64,000 bases of DNA, taken from an uncultured virus (IMG/VR IMGVR_UViG_3300018080_000169). Lineage: Duplodnaviria > Heunggongvirae > Uroviricota > Caudoviricetes. Shown here piece after piece: positions 10,491 through 22,015 of this stretch. Location: the IMG/VR virus record IMGVR_UViG_3300018080_000169; one strand, 5' to 3'. Position numbers and translations under genes: made by a program. The notes beneath the pieces are model-generated. The model was not told the DNA's origin. It saw only the letters and a list, made by a program, of their open reading frames with translations, and ran no database searches. Position 1 is the first letter of the stretch. Each line of letters opens with the position of its first letter.

Positions 10491-11240
10491 TTGAAAAACA
10501 AATTAAGAAAACATATAAGAAAAATTTTAATTGAATCTTTTTTAAAAGAGTATGAAGAAAATCTTGAGAGAATGATTTTCGATATGCCATACGAGATTCT
10601 TACTGCTATAAAAAATCAAAAAAAAATCAAGTTTGACTTAATGCCAAAATTGCCTTATAGAAGGGCATTACAAGAGTTCACAAAATATGGACAATTTGTA
10701 AGATTTCCAGAAAAATATATTTTAAAATGGAAGGATTTGTTATTAGAAAACATAGCAAAACTTAACGGTTTGACAGAAATTCATGGACACTCTATAAGTT
10801 TTCCTTATGATGAATTTCATGATATTTTTGATGAACCTACATATTTAGGAACTTCATCGCAACTTAATATATTCCAAGATACTCCAGAAGAAATATATGA
10901 AGAAGGAGAATTTACAAAATGGCGAAAAAAGAGATATTCTGAAACAGGTAATGAAGATTATAAAAAAGCAAATGATTTTCATACAATATATGAGTTTTTA
11001 GATACAGAATATAATATAGATGATGTTACTCCACAATTCTCAAATGACCACCATGTTCTTTCGGATTATGCAACCGAACCCCTTCTTAAATTGGGTGTTG
11101 AGCTAGAAAAACAGACTTCTCCAGAAGAAATAATTGTTACAATAAATAAAATATTGGATGTTGTCCATCAACGAAGCGATATTGCTGAAATATTTATAGA
11201 AGGCGGCAGCGAGGCTTTGTATGATATTTCATATACTTAA
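10491..11240 (+). CDS. hypothetical protein, possibly virion-associated
   Basis: 249 aa; N-terminal LRKHIRKILIE; TTG start is uncertain. Confidence 0.55.
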   Translation: MKNKLRKHIRKILIESFLKEYEENLERMIFDMPYEILTAIKNQKKIKFDLMPKLPYRRALQEFTKYGQFVRFPEKYILKWKDLLLENIAKLNGLTEIHGHSISFPYDEFHDIFDEPTYLGTSSQLNIFQDTPEEIYEEGEFTKWRKKRYSETGNEDYKKANDFHTIYEFLDTEYNIDDVTPQFSNDHHVLSDYATEPLLKLGVELEKQTSPEEIIVTINKILDVVHQRSDIAEIFIEGGSEALYDISYT

Positions 11241-11428
11241 AAATATTAATTTATTTTAAGAATGAAGCATCCTTAAAATCATATCTTTATCTAAATCAGA
11301 TAAATTATTCCAATTATTTAAAATATTTGCAAATTCTTTAGAATTTAAAAGATATAAATTATATTTTGGCATATAAGTTTCAAGAATTTGTTTTTTAACA
11401 TCATCGAATTTCATAAGTAGTAGTTTAT

Positions 11429-11968
11429 TTAGTTTTTAAAAAAATTTATTTCATCTCCATATTGGTCAAAACCTTCTCTCTTTTCTCTGCTGAATACATC
11501 TATCTTTTTACTATCTGGATATAAATTATTAATCATTTCATATGCAATGTCAGGTTTTCTGCTGTGTTGTCTGGCCTGTTCTGCAAAAATTGAAAGATAT
11601 TTGCCCCTCTGATTTTGTGCGATTTTTAATAGCTTTGGTTTATAATACCATATTAAATATTCATGTGAATATCTTATAGTAAAAGCAGGGGCAACTCCAT
11701 TAGTTTTGTTCCATATCATTCTCACGTGCCTTTTATATCCTCTTTTTTGCATTTCTGTATCGCACTCTATCAAAAATTGCTCGATGGTCCACATAAAAAT
11801 TATATGAGGTGTATTTGCGAGGGGGAAAATATTTTTATCTAAAAGAGAGAAAATAGATGGAATGTCCATTGTTTTATAATCAAACTCTCTGTTTTGATTA
11901 GGACGAGATTTTCTTATCCCGCCTTTTTTCTTCGGCCAAGGCGGGTCTATAATAAAGATATCATACAT
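11429..11968 (-). CDS. MT-A70-family N6-adenine methyltransferase
   Basis: IDPPW, FMWT, HSRKP, DVFSR...GDE motifs. Confidence 0.85.
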   Translation of the reverse strand: MYDIFIIDPPWPKKKGGIRKSRPNQNREFDYKTMDIPSIFSLLDKNIFPLANTPHIIFMWTIEQFLIECDTEMQKRGYKRHVRMIWNKTNGVAPAFTIRYSHEYLIWYYKPKLLKIAQNQRGKYLSIFAEQARQHSRKPDIAYEMINNLYPDSKKIDVFSREKREGFDQYGDEINFFKN

Positions 11969-12173
11969 AATATAATTACTCTAAAAAACATGAGTTAATT
12001 TTGCTTTTTGGCAGCCATTATTTCATTTAACATTTCTGTATATTTCATTCTTTAATTTTTGACAAAAATAAAATATAAATTTTAATAAAACAAATTTAAA
12101 TGGGAGGTTTTGTTTTTTTCAAAATTTTTTTTTATTTTTGTAAAAAAATATTATAAATTAAAAATTTTATATC

Positions 12174-12632
12174 ATGAGTTTAGATGTTTATTTATCTTTA
12201 AAAAATAAAACAATAAAGAAGCCTATATCATCAGGAATTTATATAAGAGAAAATGGTTCCACAAAAGAAATCAGTGAAGAAGAATGGAATGAAAGATTCC
12301 CAGATAGAGAGCCAGTTAAAATTAAACAAAATGAAGAAGAAACTAACAAAGTTTATCATGCAAATATTACACATAATTTATGTGAAATGGCAGAACAAGC
12401 TGGAATATATAAACATTTATGGAGACCAGAGGAAATTGATATTACACTTGCTTCAGAACTTGTTGACCCTTTGCGAGAAGGATTGCATAAATTAAAACTT
12501 GAACCAGAAAAATACAAAAAATTTAATCCCGAAAATGGTTGGGGCTCTTATGAAAATTTAGTAAATTTTGTAGAAGATTATCTTAACGCTTGTTATAAAT
12601 ATCCTGATGCATTAATTAAAATAAGTAGATAA
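12174..12632 (+). CDS. conserved phage hypothetical protein
   Basis: ANITHNL..MA...NPENGWG pattern; host-type promoter upstream. Confidence 0.6.
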   Translation: MSLDVYLSLKNKTIKKPISSGIYIRENGSTKEISEEEWNERFPDREPVKIKQNEEETNKVYHANITHNLCEMAEQAGIYKHLWRPEEIDITLASELVDPLREGLHKLKLEPEKYKKFNPENGWGSYENLVNFVEDYLNACYKYPDALIKISR

Positions 12633-13198
12633 ATATGAAAAAGCCTAAAAACGAAAAGGATACTGACGAAAAGGTTTTAATAATTATTCTTATTATTTCT
12701 TTATTGCTTGCGTTTTTTTTATTATAATATTTATGGCAGTAAATTAGAATTGCTGCCAAAATTTAATGCATAGTTTAATTTTATTCATTTAAAATATCGA
12801 ATAAAAATTAATTTGAAACTTTTTAAAAAAATTTTCGTGTAATTCTTTTTGAAAAATTTATAATTTAATATAATTAAAAAGTTTTTCTAAACATAAACTC
12901 AATCAATATGGAAAAAAAACAAAAATTTTCTAAAGAAGAACAAAAAGAAATATTAGAAAATGCAAATTTTCCACATCGTTTAACTGCAAAACAAACATTT
13001 AATGTTTTATGGTGGACAATTTTTAATAAGAAAAAATTTAATCATTTTATTCAAAGATTAAAAGATGGAATGAGTATAATATTTGCTTATGAAGAAGCCA
13101 TGTTAGGCAAAAATTAAAATGGAACTAGTAGAAAAAATCGCAATAGATATTATAGAGTTTATGAATCAATAATAATAATTATGAAAGGATTATAAACT

Positions 13199-13528
13199 AT
13201 GGAAAAAGAATTTGTACCTTATGAATTAGCAAAAGAACTAAAAGAACTTGGATTTAATGAGCCATGTTTATCACATTATATATCTAAAAAAGGAGAATTA
13301 AACTTTTCTGAAGATGCCATAGGGGTTACACAAGAAATTCTTATTTGTGATGCTGTTATTGCTCCTTTATATCAACAAGCATTTCGTTGGTTGTATAAAC
13401 AAATAGATAGAGACGGATTTGGTGTAATGGCTCTTGATAATGATAAAGCGTTAAAAGAATTAAAAAATTTGATTGAAATTTTAAAAATTAAAAAAAAATT
13501 AAAAATTAGAAAATTTACAGAAGAGTAA
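13199..13528 (+). CDS. hypothetical protein (EFVPYELA.ELKELGF.EPC type)
   Basis: Truncated paralog at 18872-18994. Confidence 0.55.
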   Translation: MEKEFVPYELAKELKELGFNEPCLSHYISKKGELNFSEDAIGVTQEILICDAVIAPLYQQAFRWLYKQIDRDGFGVMALDNDKALKELKNLIEILKIKKKLKIRKFTEE

Positions 13529-14203
13529 AGAATGAAAACCTTGCCAAAAACAATAGTATTAGAAGCATCATCTGCACATGATTTGCAGGAGTCAATAAAT
13601 TTTAAAGAAAAATTAGGCTATAAATGTATAACTCCAATGCAAGTTATTAAAAAATCTAAAGGCTCGCTGATTTGGGACCCAGAAATGGTTTATTATATAA
13701 CAATGCAAAAATAATATGAAATATAAAGTTGCTTACACAGGACAAGGGGCAGGATATAATGTGGGAGATATAATCTATATACCTGATAATATTAAAGAAT
13801 TAAATAAGATTGCATGGCAGATTAATGCACAAGCAAATTTATCATTCCTAGATTTAGGTTTTTTAAGTGGGGATAAAAATAAAATGACTTTAGGAACTAG
13901 AATGGATGGAATCACATTTAGAACTCCTGTATTGGTTGTAGAAAAATTAAAATAATATGAGCGATTCATTTGATGAAAAAATGCTTACGTATAGCACGAA
14001 GTATTGCCAGTTTAAAAAGAAACGATGCTATCATTCAATAGAAATATTTGGGCAACCAATTTGCAAAAAAGCTCAAAAATATAATAAAAATTGTGCAACA
14101 GGACCATCTACAGAAACATTTAATTATTATAAACCAATTGAAGAATGTCCTGGATATAAGAAATTTGATTGGGAAGATTTGTAAAATTTAATTATAAAAC
14201 ATC

Positions 14204-15061
14204 ATGGATATAATAGTTTGGAAATCACTAGGGATGGCAACTATAATGGGAATTATAGCAACCATACATTATTTATTGGTAGAAAAGTGGAGTCGCTATA
14301 CACACAAAATATTTCTAATATTAGCATCGCTTTTTTTGTTTATTTATCATATATTAATTTATGGATTATGTTATCTGATTTTACTTGGAATCTACAGAGA
14401 TATTATTCTGGAAATGGATATAACAAATAGCGAACTCTTATTTTATAAAATTTTATTGATTGTTATTGGAATTTTAGGAACAATAAAGATTTATATTGTT
14501 ATAAATAATGAGTGGCTTGGGATTATGACAACAAAATTAGAAGAAAGATTGAATCGAATTATTGAAGAAAAAGAAGATAAAATAGAGAATCTTCAAGAAC
14601 AAGTTGAGCAACTTGAAAACGAGAGAGATTTACAAAATTTTTTGTGGCAAAAACAGACATATTTTCAAGAAAATGAATTACAAAAAACATTGCCTGTGCC
14701 CAGATTGGAAATGAGATTTAAACGAGTAAAAACTTTCAAAAATGATAATGGCTGGTATAATGTCGAATGGGTGTATGGAATTGTATATAAGCACTATGCA
14801 GAAACTCATAGTGAAACAATGCTATTTATTCCATTTTCAAAAACAACTGGCAGCGGAGGAGGTGGAACGTTTGAACATTATTTTAGAAATGGGAAATTAG
14901 ACACCCCTTTTAGAGACGGAGTTCATATTGTTGCAGAAAGCAAAGTGTTTGGATTGCCAGCTTATATAATTTGTGAAGAAAAAGGAATAATACAGGAAAT
15001 AGATTTAAATATGGATATGGATGAGCAACTTTCAAAAATGATACGCAAAATAGATAAATAA
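14204..15061 (+). CDS. hypothetical membrane protein with coiled coil
   Basis: Three hydrophobic segments followed by an E/K/Q-rich heptad region. Confidence 0.55.
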   Translation: MDIIVWKSLGMATIMGIIATIHYLLVEKWSRYTHKIFLILASLFLFIYHILIYGLCYLILLGIYRDIILEMDITNSELLFYKILLIVIGILGTIKIYIVINNEWLGIMTTKLEERLNRIIEEKEDKIENLQEQVEQLENERDLQNFLWQKQTYFQENELQKTLPVPRLEMRFKRVKTFKNDNGWYNVEWVYGIVYKHYAETHSETMLFIPFSKTTGSGGGGTFEHYFRNGKLDTPFRDGVHIVAESKVFGLPAYIICEEKGIIQEIDLNMDMDEQLSKMIRKIDK

Positions 15062-15893
15062 ATTTAGGAGAATTTTATGAAGAAAATAATTTTAATATTA
15101 ATTGCTTTTTTATTATTTGGTTGTATAAATCCTAAAAAAGATGAAATTCCAAATCGTGTTTCCGAATATGTAATATTAAAATCTTCTTTAATAGGTTCTT
15201 CACAATTAGCTACATATACTTTGAAGCCTTGCAGTAAAACTTGGTATCTTGGAGAAACTAATGGAAGTGGCACTTTGTTGATTATTGATAGTGTAGGTAA
15301 ATTTCAATTGAATGATACTTTGGAGTTTTCTAAAAAATAAATTTAAGAATGAAAACATATTTAATAATTTATATCAAAGGAACTGATGTTTTGGGATGAT
15401 GATTTTTAAATTAAAATATAATGAAATCAATAGCAGAAAAAATAACTCCCATTTTACAAGAAATAGAAAATGCTCTCTGGGAATATGAGGCAAATAATGG
15501 ACCTAAACCCAACTTTCCTCCAGAAGCACTTAAATCTGCAGTTAAAATATTTACTGTGGTTCTCTTTGATAAAATATTTGAATTACAAGAAAAAGAAAAT
15601 ATGAGCATAAAAGAAAAAGCAGAAATGTCAATTAAATTTGGCGAAGAAATTAAACGCATTGTTAAAATTTATGCAGATATTGATACCAAGAATTTTTATT
15701 AAAAAATATCTCTCATTGTTTGACGATGCTGCTTGTGGCGGACCATCGCTAAATACAGAATATACATAAGCAACAAAAAACGAATAATTAAAGAAATTTA
15801 AGTGGGGGATAACTTTTTGTATATATCATAAATCTTTTTTAACTTTGTATGAAATTCTTTTATTAATAAAAAATAAAAAAAGGAGGTAGTATT

Positions 15894-16430
15894 ATGTTTT
15901 GGATTATTTTAATTATTTTATGTTTACTCATAAGTGGTGCATCGCATTACTTAGATAAAATATCAATAACTGATTATTCTGAAGCAAAAGGAGCATGGAT
16001 AATTGCAGCAACTGTTGTTTCGGTAATTGCTTGTATAATACAAGTGATATTGTTTCAAGTAAATATTTCTGATTACGAAAACATTACTTATCAATATCAT
16101 GCAAAAGAAATTTATATAGAGAAAAAAAATGTATTGCAAACAAAATATGAATCACTATTGGACAGCAGTTATCAAAAACATGAGTCTAAAATATTTAAAG
16201 ATATTAGCCAAGGCAAAATGGGTGCCGAAAAAATGGATTTAACATTTTATCCGCAAATAAAATATGCAAATATGCTATTGGATTTAACAAAACAAATTGA
16301 TAAACTTAATTCTGTCATTTATAATTGTGACGTAAAGATTGCAGACTATCAAAAATCTATTAGAATAAGGTATAAAAGCCCATTTGTAATTAATTTGTTC
16401 TATCCAAAACCTCATAAAATATTATATTAA
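15894..16430 (+). CDS. hypothetical membrane protein
   Basis: Two N-terminal hydrophobic segments; AGGAGG ribosome-binding site upstream. Confidence 0.6.
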   Translation: MFWIILIILCLLISGASHYLDKISITDYSEAKGAWIIAATVVSVIACIIQVILFQVNISDYENITYQYHAKEIYIEKKNVLQTKYESLLDSSYQKHESKIFKDISQGKMGAEKMDLTFYPQIKYANMLLDLTKQIDKLNSVIYNCDVKIADYQKSIRIRYKSPFVINLFYPKPHKILY

Positions 16431-16582
16431 TTTGTCTAAAATATAAAATTAAAAATTAAAATAATATGGAAATATTAGCTATTATATTTTGTATAATATT
16501 TGTTGCTGTTATGTTAAAAATTGTTTTTGGGAAAGATGATAATGCAGGTTTAGATTAAAATTAAAAAGGAGATAAGTTTATT

Positions 16583-17326
16583 ATGAATTTATATTTTAAA
16601 TTTCAACTTACATCTAAAAGCCTAGATGCGCAGCCTATTAGCGTGGGGGTGGTGAGTGACGATATTTTAAAAAAACGAAAAGCCAATAGAGACCAGTTTA
16701 ATGAGATTATGAATGTAGAAGATATATTTGAATCAAAATCTTTCTATGCTGAATTTACAGATTTTGATATTAATAGATGTAATGATTGGGTAAAAGAGAA
16801 TGTTGTTAAAAAATTACATTTAAAATATTTTGGTAAAAATGATAGTTTAATAGAAAATTTTGTATTTAAAGAGGATGCATGTAGAATAAGAGAAATGTTA
16901 TTTGAGTGGTTAAAACAATTTAAGGATTATCAAATACAGTTCGTTGGAGATTGTTGTAGTTATGATTGGGTATTTTTAATGGAGTTGATAGGAGAGTGGG
17001 AAGAAACAGTAAGTTGTAGCGGGTCTTTATTAGAACACAAAAATTGTGAACATAAAGATTTTTGTCAAACAGGAAAAAGAAGATTTTGTTTAGGCTCACC
17101 AAAACTTCCTGATAATATCTCTCCAGTTCCAATAGATATCAATCAAATGATAGCTGGAATTGATATGACACAAAAAGAAGCATTTAATATGAATAGAGAA
17201 GAAATGGCAGCAGTATGTTTTGAAAATTTTAAAAAAGCTTCTTTAGAACATATAGATAAACATAATGCCCTTTGGAATGCCAAAACAATTAAAGAAATAT
17301 ATAATAAATTAAAATGCATAAAATAG
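16583..17326 (+). CDS. DEDDh 3'-5' exonuclease-fold protein with degenerate active site
   Basis: ISVGVVS...FYAEFTD...YDW...HNALWNAK scaffold; Exo I D-x-E and the final D are substituted. Confidence 0.6.
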   Translation: MNLYFKFQLTSKSLDAQPISVGVVSDDILKKRKANRDQFNEIMNVEDIFESKSFYAEFTDFDINRCNDWVKENVVKKLHLKYFGKNDSLIENFVFKEDACRIREMLFEWLKQFKDYQIQFVGDCCSYDWVFLMELIGEWEETVSCSGSLLEHKNCEHKDFCQTGKRRFCLGSPKLPDNISPVPIDINQMIAGIDMTQKEAFNMNREEMAAVCFENFKKASLEHIDKHNALWNAKTIKEIYNKLKCIK

Positions 17327-18109
17327 TCTGTTTTGACACAGAAAAAGAAGCGATACAGATTCTTAAAAAGTTAGGTGTTTTTGTGCCAAAATATCGTGTA
17401 GATTATTACACAGCATCCATATGTATAAATAAAAACACAGGAGAAGAAATTGTTGGATGTGAAACTCCCCTTTTACAATATGGATGTTCTAGTTGTGATT
17501 ATAAAGAAATAAAACCAAACAAATATTTTATAAAAGGATTCCCAATTGAAATAATAAAAAAAACAAAAGAAAATGTGTGAAGGCAAGTCTACAAATAAAC
17601 TGCTCTATTTTGATACAGAAAAAGAGGCTATAAATTTTCTTAAAGAAAATAATATAAATCCAACATATCCACGCACACATTATATAGCTTCATTATGTAT
17701 GGATAAAAATACAGGAGAAGAAGCTATTGGGTGTGAAACAGCAGGTCATAGTTTAACAGTCAGGTGTTCAGATTGCATTAGCTATAAACAAATAAAACCA
17801 AATAAATGGTTTATAGCTCCTCATCTTCATTATCTTCATTAACAGAATAAAATGGAAAAATTAATATATTTTGACACAGAAAAAGAAGCTAAACAATATC
17901 TTGAAGAAAATGGATATTCTTCAAGCTATAAAAATGGAAATTATTTCTCTGCAACACTTTGTATAAATAAAGAAGGAAAAGAATTTTTTGGATGTAGCCC
18001 TCACATTGATAAAGATTGTCCAACCTGTTCTGCCAATCTTAAATTGATAAAACCAAACAAATGGTTTATATATCCTTCCATAATTACTCAAGGAAAAGGA
18101 CTTAACTAA
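17314..18109 (+). CDS. three tandem paralogous small Cys4 proteins (17314-17580, 17573-17842, 17852-18109)
   Basis: Shared FDTEKEA...A.(L/I)C...G.E..GC...CxxC...KPNK(W/Y)F. Confidence 0.75.
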
Positions 18110-18871
18110 AATTTCGTTGACCCAACATATTATTGCGCAAAATATAAGCAAATAGAATATGTGATGTAATTTGCTACAAATTATTTTTTGAAAAATTAAT
18201 ATTCATTTTTGATATCAAATATAAAAGCCTTTATAATACCCATAATGCCCCAAATTATTCCTATTCCCAAAGGAATTGTTATAATAAGCCCATAAGGAAG
18301 AAAACAAGCTGGGACTTCAATCATTGCAAAAAAAAGTGATATTAAAATTGCTGCCACCAAAAATACTATGCTAATTATAAGCATTGTCTGAATTTTTATA
18401 GATTTTTTATTGTAAATTGCTTTTTCCATATTATTATATATTTTATACAAAATTATAAATTATTTGTAAAAATACAAAACCTTTATTTATATATTTATAT
18501 TTATAAAGTTTATCACCATTTTTATCCCCCAGCAACCCCCACCTGTGCGAAGCACGATATATCCCCTTCGATTATAAAACCCCCAAGCCAATATACCACC
18601 CCCCATTAAATAACAATTCTTTGAAACTTTTTTAACATTTTTTCGTATAATCTAATATATGTGAATGTTTTAATATTTATTAAATTATGAAAAATCCACT
18701 GATTAAAAAAGGATATAAGAAAACTATACTCGAATATATAAGATTAGAATTCATTGCATATTATTATCCACATGGTAAATACTACTACTATAAAACAGAA
18801 AATATCTTCGGTAAACCTATATGGAAAAAAATTAATAAAAATGTAGTTCTCGGAAATTGAGGAAAATTAAG

Positions 18872-18994
18872 ATGAAAAAAGAATTCGTACTTTATGAAGA
18901 AGCATTGGCTTTAAAAAAATTAGGATTTAAAGAAGAATGTTTGGGATGGTGGGTTCATGATAAATTATTAACCTTAAAAGTGGGGGATAAATAA
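18872..18994 (+). pseudogene. truncated paralog of 13199-13528
   Basis: MKKEFVLYEEALALKKLGFKEEC...; ends across an AAGTGGGGGA half-site. Confidence 0.5.
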
Positions 18995-19263
18995 TGGCAC
19001 TTTACGGATACGCAAAAACAAAAAAACAATTATATTTCGACACAGAAAAAGAAGCTATAAACTATCTTAAAAAAAATGGATACTCCACAAAATATAAAGA
19101 TAGAAATTATTTCCTAGCAACATTGTGTATAAATGCAGATGGAAAAGAATTTTTTGGATGTGGGGCTGAAGTTGATAGACACTGTGCAGATTGTACCGCT
19201 AACCTTACGTTTGTAAAACCTAATAAATGGTTTGTTACACCATTTTTGTATGCATATAGATAA
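18994..19263 (+). CDS. fourth FDTEKEA/KPNKWF paralog
   Basis: Closest to 17852-18109. Confidence 0.75.
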   Translation: MALYGYAKTKKQLYFDTEKEAINYLKKNGYSTKYKDRNYFLATLCINADGKEFFGCGAEVDRHCADCTANLTFVKPNKWFVTPFLYAYR

Positions 19264-19283
19264 AGTAAATTTAAGTGGGGGAT

Positions 19284-19577
19284 TTAATATACGTCAGGTA
19301 AATCTACTTCCTTCCCAACTAACCCATGTGTACAATCATTTAAAAATTGAATCCTACCATTTTTTATAAATGAGTGGCATCTAAACGGAACAGAATTCTT
19401 GTTATCATCAAATTTATAACCGTGTATTAAAAATGATGGAGATAATGTTGGCTTATCATAATCATTATTCCAATTCCAACTATCAGTAAAAGCATGTTCC
19501 TGGTTACAACCTGGACAAATAAATATATATTGAAATTTTGTTTCGCTTACGGGTACTTTTTTTACTCTTGCCATCAT
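19284..19577 (-). CDS. DUF6527-like protein
   Basis: CPGC..H, W.W..D..KPTLSPS, CHSFI..G.IQFL.DCTH. Confidence 0.65.
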   Translation of the reverse strand: MMARVKKVPVSETKFQYIFICPGCNQEHAFTDSWNWNNDYDKPTLSPSFLIHGYKFDDNKNSVPFRCHSFIKNGRIQFLNDCTHGLVGKEVDLPDVY

Positions 19578-19579
19578 AA

Positions 19580-20210
19580 AATAAATAGGGAGAATTTTAC
19601 ATAATTTATACAGGGAGAAATAACCTTATTTAAGACAGGGGAAAAAGTATATTTAAGCGGGGGAAATTAATAAGAAAAAAAAAGCAAATTTAAGAGGGGG
19701 AATATTGTATTTTTTAATTTGTAATTAGAGACACAATGTCCTATAAACTGTCCTAAATTTCATGCTTTTTTAAAACAAATTTCTATGTGTATTTTTGTGG
19801 TAAAAAGTGGTAAAAAATGGGCTTTTATAATATGCTTATAACGTGGTAGTTACACACTGCATTTTTATATAAATCTCGAAGATAACAATTTATCTCATTT
19901 TTAAATCTATCTGATTTAGACCTCTTTTTTAACAAAAAATAATTTCTGAAAATCAATACTGGGTGGGCCACATAATCCCCCACTCAAATCCACTTTTTTT
20001 CAACCATTCAAATTTCTCATTTTTCTAAAGAAACGATAAACTTTAATCCCCCACTCCAACCTACTTCTCTTCTCCTCTCTCCACTTTCTTCCACAAGAGA
20101 ACAACTTTATTTTTCAAAAAATTATTAGTATTTTAAAACTTAAAAAAAGGGGGGTAATTTTTATTTAAGTGGGGGGTATAAAAAGGGGAGGTTTTCAGGC
20201 CTCCCGATTT
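19580..20210. other. non-coding region with G/C tracts and 10-bp-phased GTGG/CCAC repeats
   Basis: No ORF >60 aa; GTGG at 19797/19807 (ATGG 19817); CCAC at 19980/19990 and 20051/20081/20091. Confidence 0.55.
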
Positions 20211-21811
20211 CAATTATGAATAACAAAAAAGAAATTATATTAATTCAACAAACTTCCATTTTTCTCTCCAGTTTTTCCAGAACAAAGTATATGTCCAGCC
20301 ATCATCAAAACCAGCATATCTTTCTCTAATTTTTTGTTCTTTAACATTAACAAATTTGAATCATTTTCCTGTCCAGTGAAAATCTGATTTAAATCCGTCA
20401 ACCACTATGAAAGGGAATAAAGAAAACACTTTTCTTACTCTAAATTCATTAAGCATTATTCTTTGATGCTCATTGGATACATTTATTATTTGTTCTCCTT
20501 CCATATTATATTATACGTAAAATTTAAGAAAAAGTTTCAATTATTTGCCCCCACTTCAATAGGGAGAACTTATTTTATTTAAGTGGGGGAGAATTTAAAA
20601 ATTTTTCAACAATTCAAATATTTTATTAAATAAAAATAAGAATTTCTCATGGGGAGAGTCAAAAAATTTTTAATAAAATTAAAAAAATATTTAATCTTTT
20701 TTATTTGTTGTAGTTGATTTAGATTTAATGAGCAATCCACATAGCCAAGTAAGGCATACAGCTTGCCACCAAGATAGTTTAGCTGCGAGATATCCGCCAG
20801 CAACGACACCTGGCAGAGCTGCAGGGATTGCAACAGGCCAAAGCCAAAAAACCAATGTTCCAGCTATAATAGCAAAGAATGAAATCATTAATATAATAAG
20901 CACGACTGCACCTATTCCCATTGTTAATTTAGTAAGATTGTCCATAATTTTGTTTTTTGGTTTATAATAAAAGAGTGCGCACATTTCTCTGACACAAATT
21001 TAAGAAAAGTTTCTCAAAAAAACAAACCCCACTTAAATTAAGTGGGGGAGAGGTTTATTGTTTTAAATAAAAACTTATAAGTCATCAAAAAGTGAGAGCA
21101 TTGCAGATATAAACATAAACATTATTCCAACTGTTATTGGAATAAATACTATAATTGTATAAGGGGATTCAAAAGGCATTTTTAAAATAAATCCTAAAAG
21201 AAAACCTAATAATACTCCTGCTGCAACAAGGATTGCTCCACCTATAAAAATAAATTTTAATATTTTACATTTCATAGTTTCATTTATTTTTCCCACATTT
21301 CTTTTATTTTAATAACTGAGAAAGTTGGGAATTTTTCTACAACTAAATTTCCATCACTACATTTATAACTAACTTCATACATATCGTATGCGCAACTTCT
21401 GGATAAATCATTTACATTGCAATCTGCAGTATCGAATGTTGCTACTTCATACCCATGAACAGGTTTTTTATATTCTACTATTATTTTTTTAAGGTCTTCA
21501 AAACTCATAACTATTTGGTTTTGGTTGATAAAATTAATTGCATTTCTTTTCGAAAGAGATGAATTGGGGGTTTCTTGGGTCTTTTAATTCTTTTATAACC
21601 CACATCTTTCTTTCTTTTATATATTGATAGTTTCTCATTATATTTTTCAATCATAAACTGAATAAATGCCAGCATAAACACTTTATGAAGAGAAACTGTA
21701 TATCGAGTTTTTCGTCCTTTTACACGAAATGATATTTGGTCACCTGGTTCAAGTTCCACCATAATGGTGTTTCCATATTCATCGGGAAGAATTAATTCTC
21801 GTGTTATGCGT

Positions 21812-22015
21812 TTATTTAGTTTTGTTGCCATTATTTTCTAACCATTTATCACGTTTATTTCTTGCTTCATCTAGTGATGAGGCAACAGTGGAGAATAATT
21901 CTCCATTTGTATGCCTATAGTCATATTGGAAAAATGTTTTATTTTTATGCTCAAATTCTTCGTATTGTTCTTGGCCTGGTGCACAGGTAGAACAACCTTT
22001 TTTATCTGTTTTCAT
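21812..22015 (-). CDS. DUF3873-like protein
   Basis: GCSTC..G.E.YE.F...QYDYRHT.GELFSTV..SL.E.R.KRD.WL. Confidence 0.65.
   Translation of the reverse strand: MKTDKKGCSTCAPGQEQYEEFEHKNKTFFQYDYRHTNGELFSTVASSLDEARNKRDKWLENNGNKTK

Noticed and set aside
10478..10493. Programmed frameshift at the start of 10491-11240 (ATG GCT CAG TAA out of frame)
   Set aside because: No slippery site; a TTG start or a one-base error explains it equally well and cannot be resolved without reads
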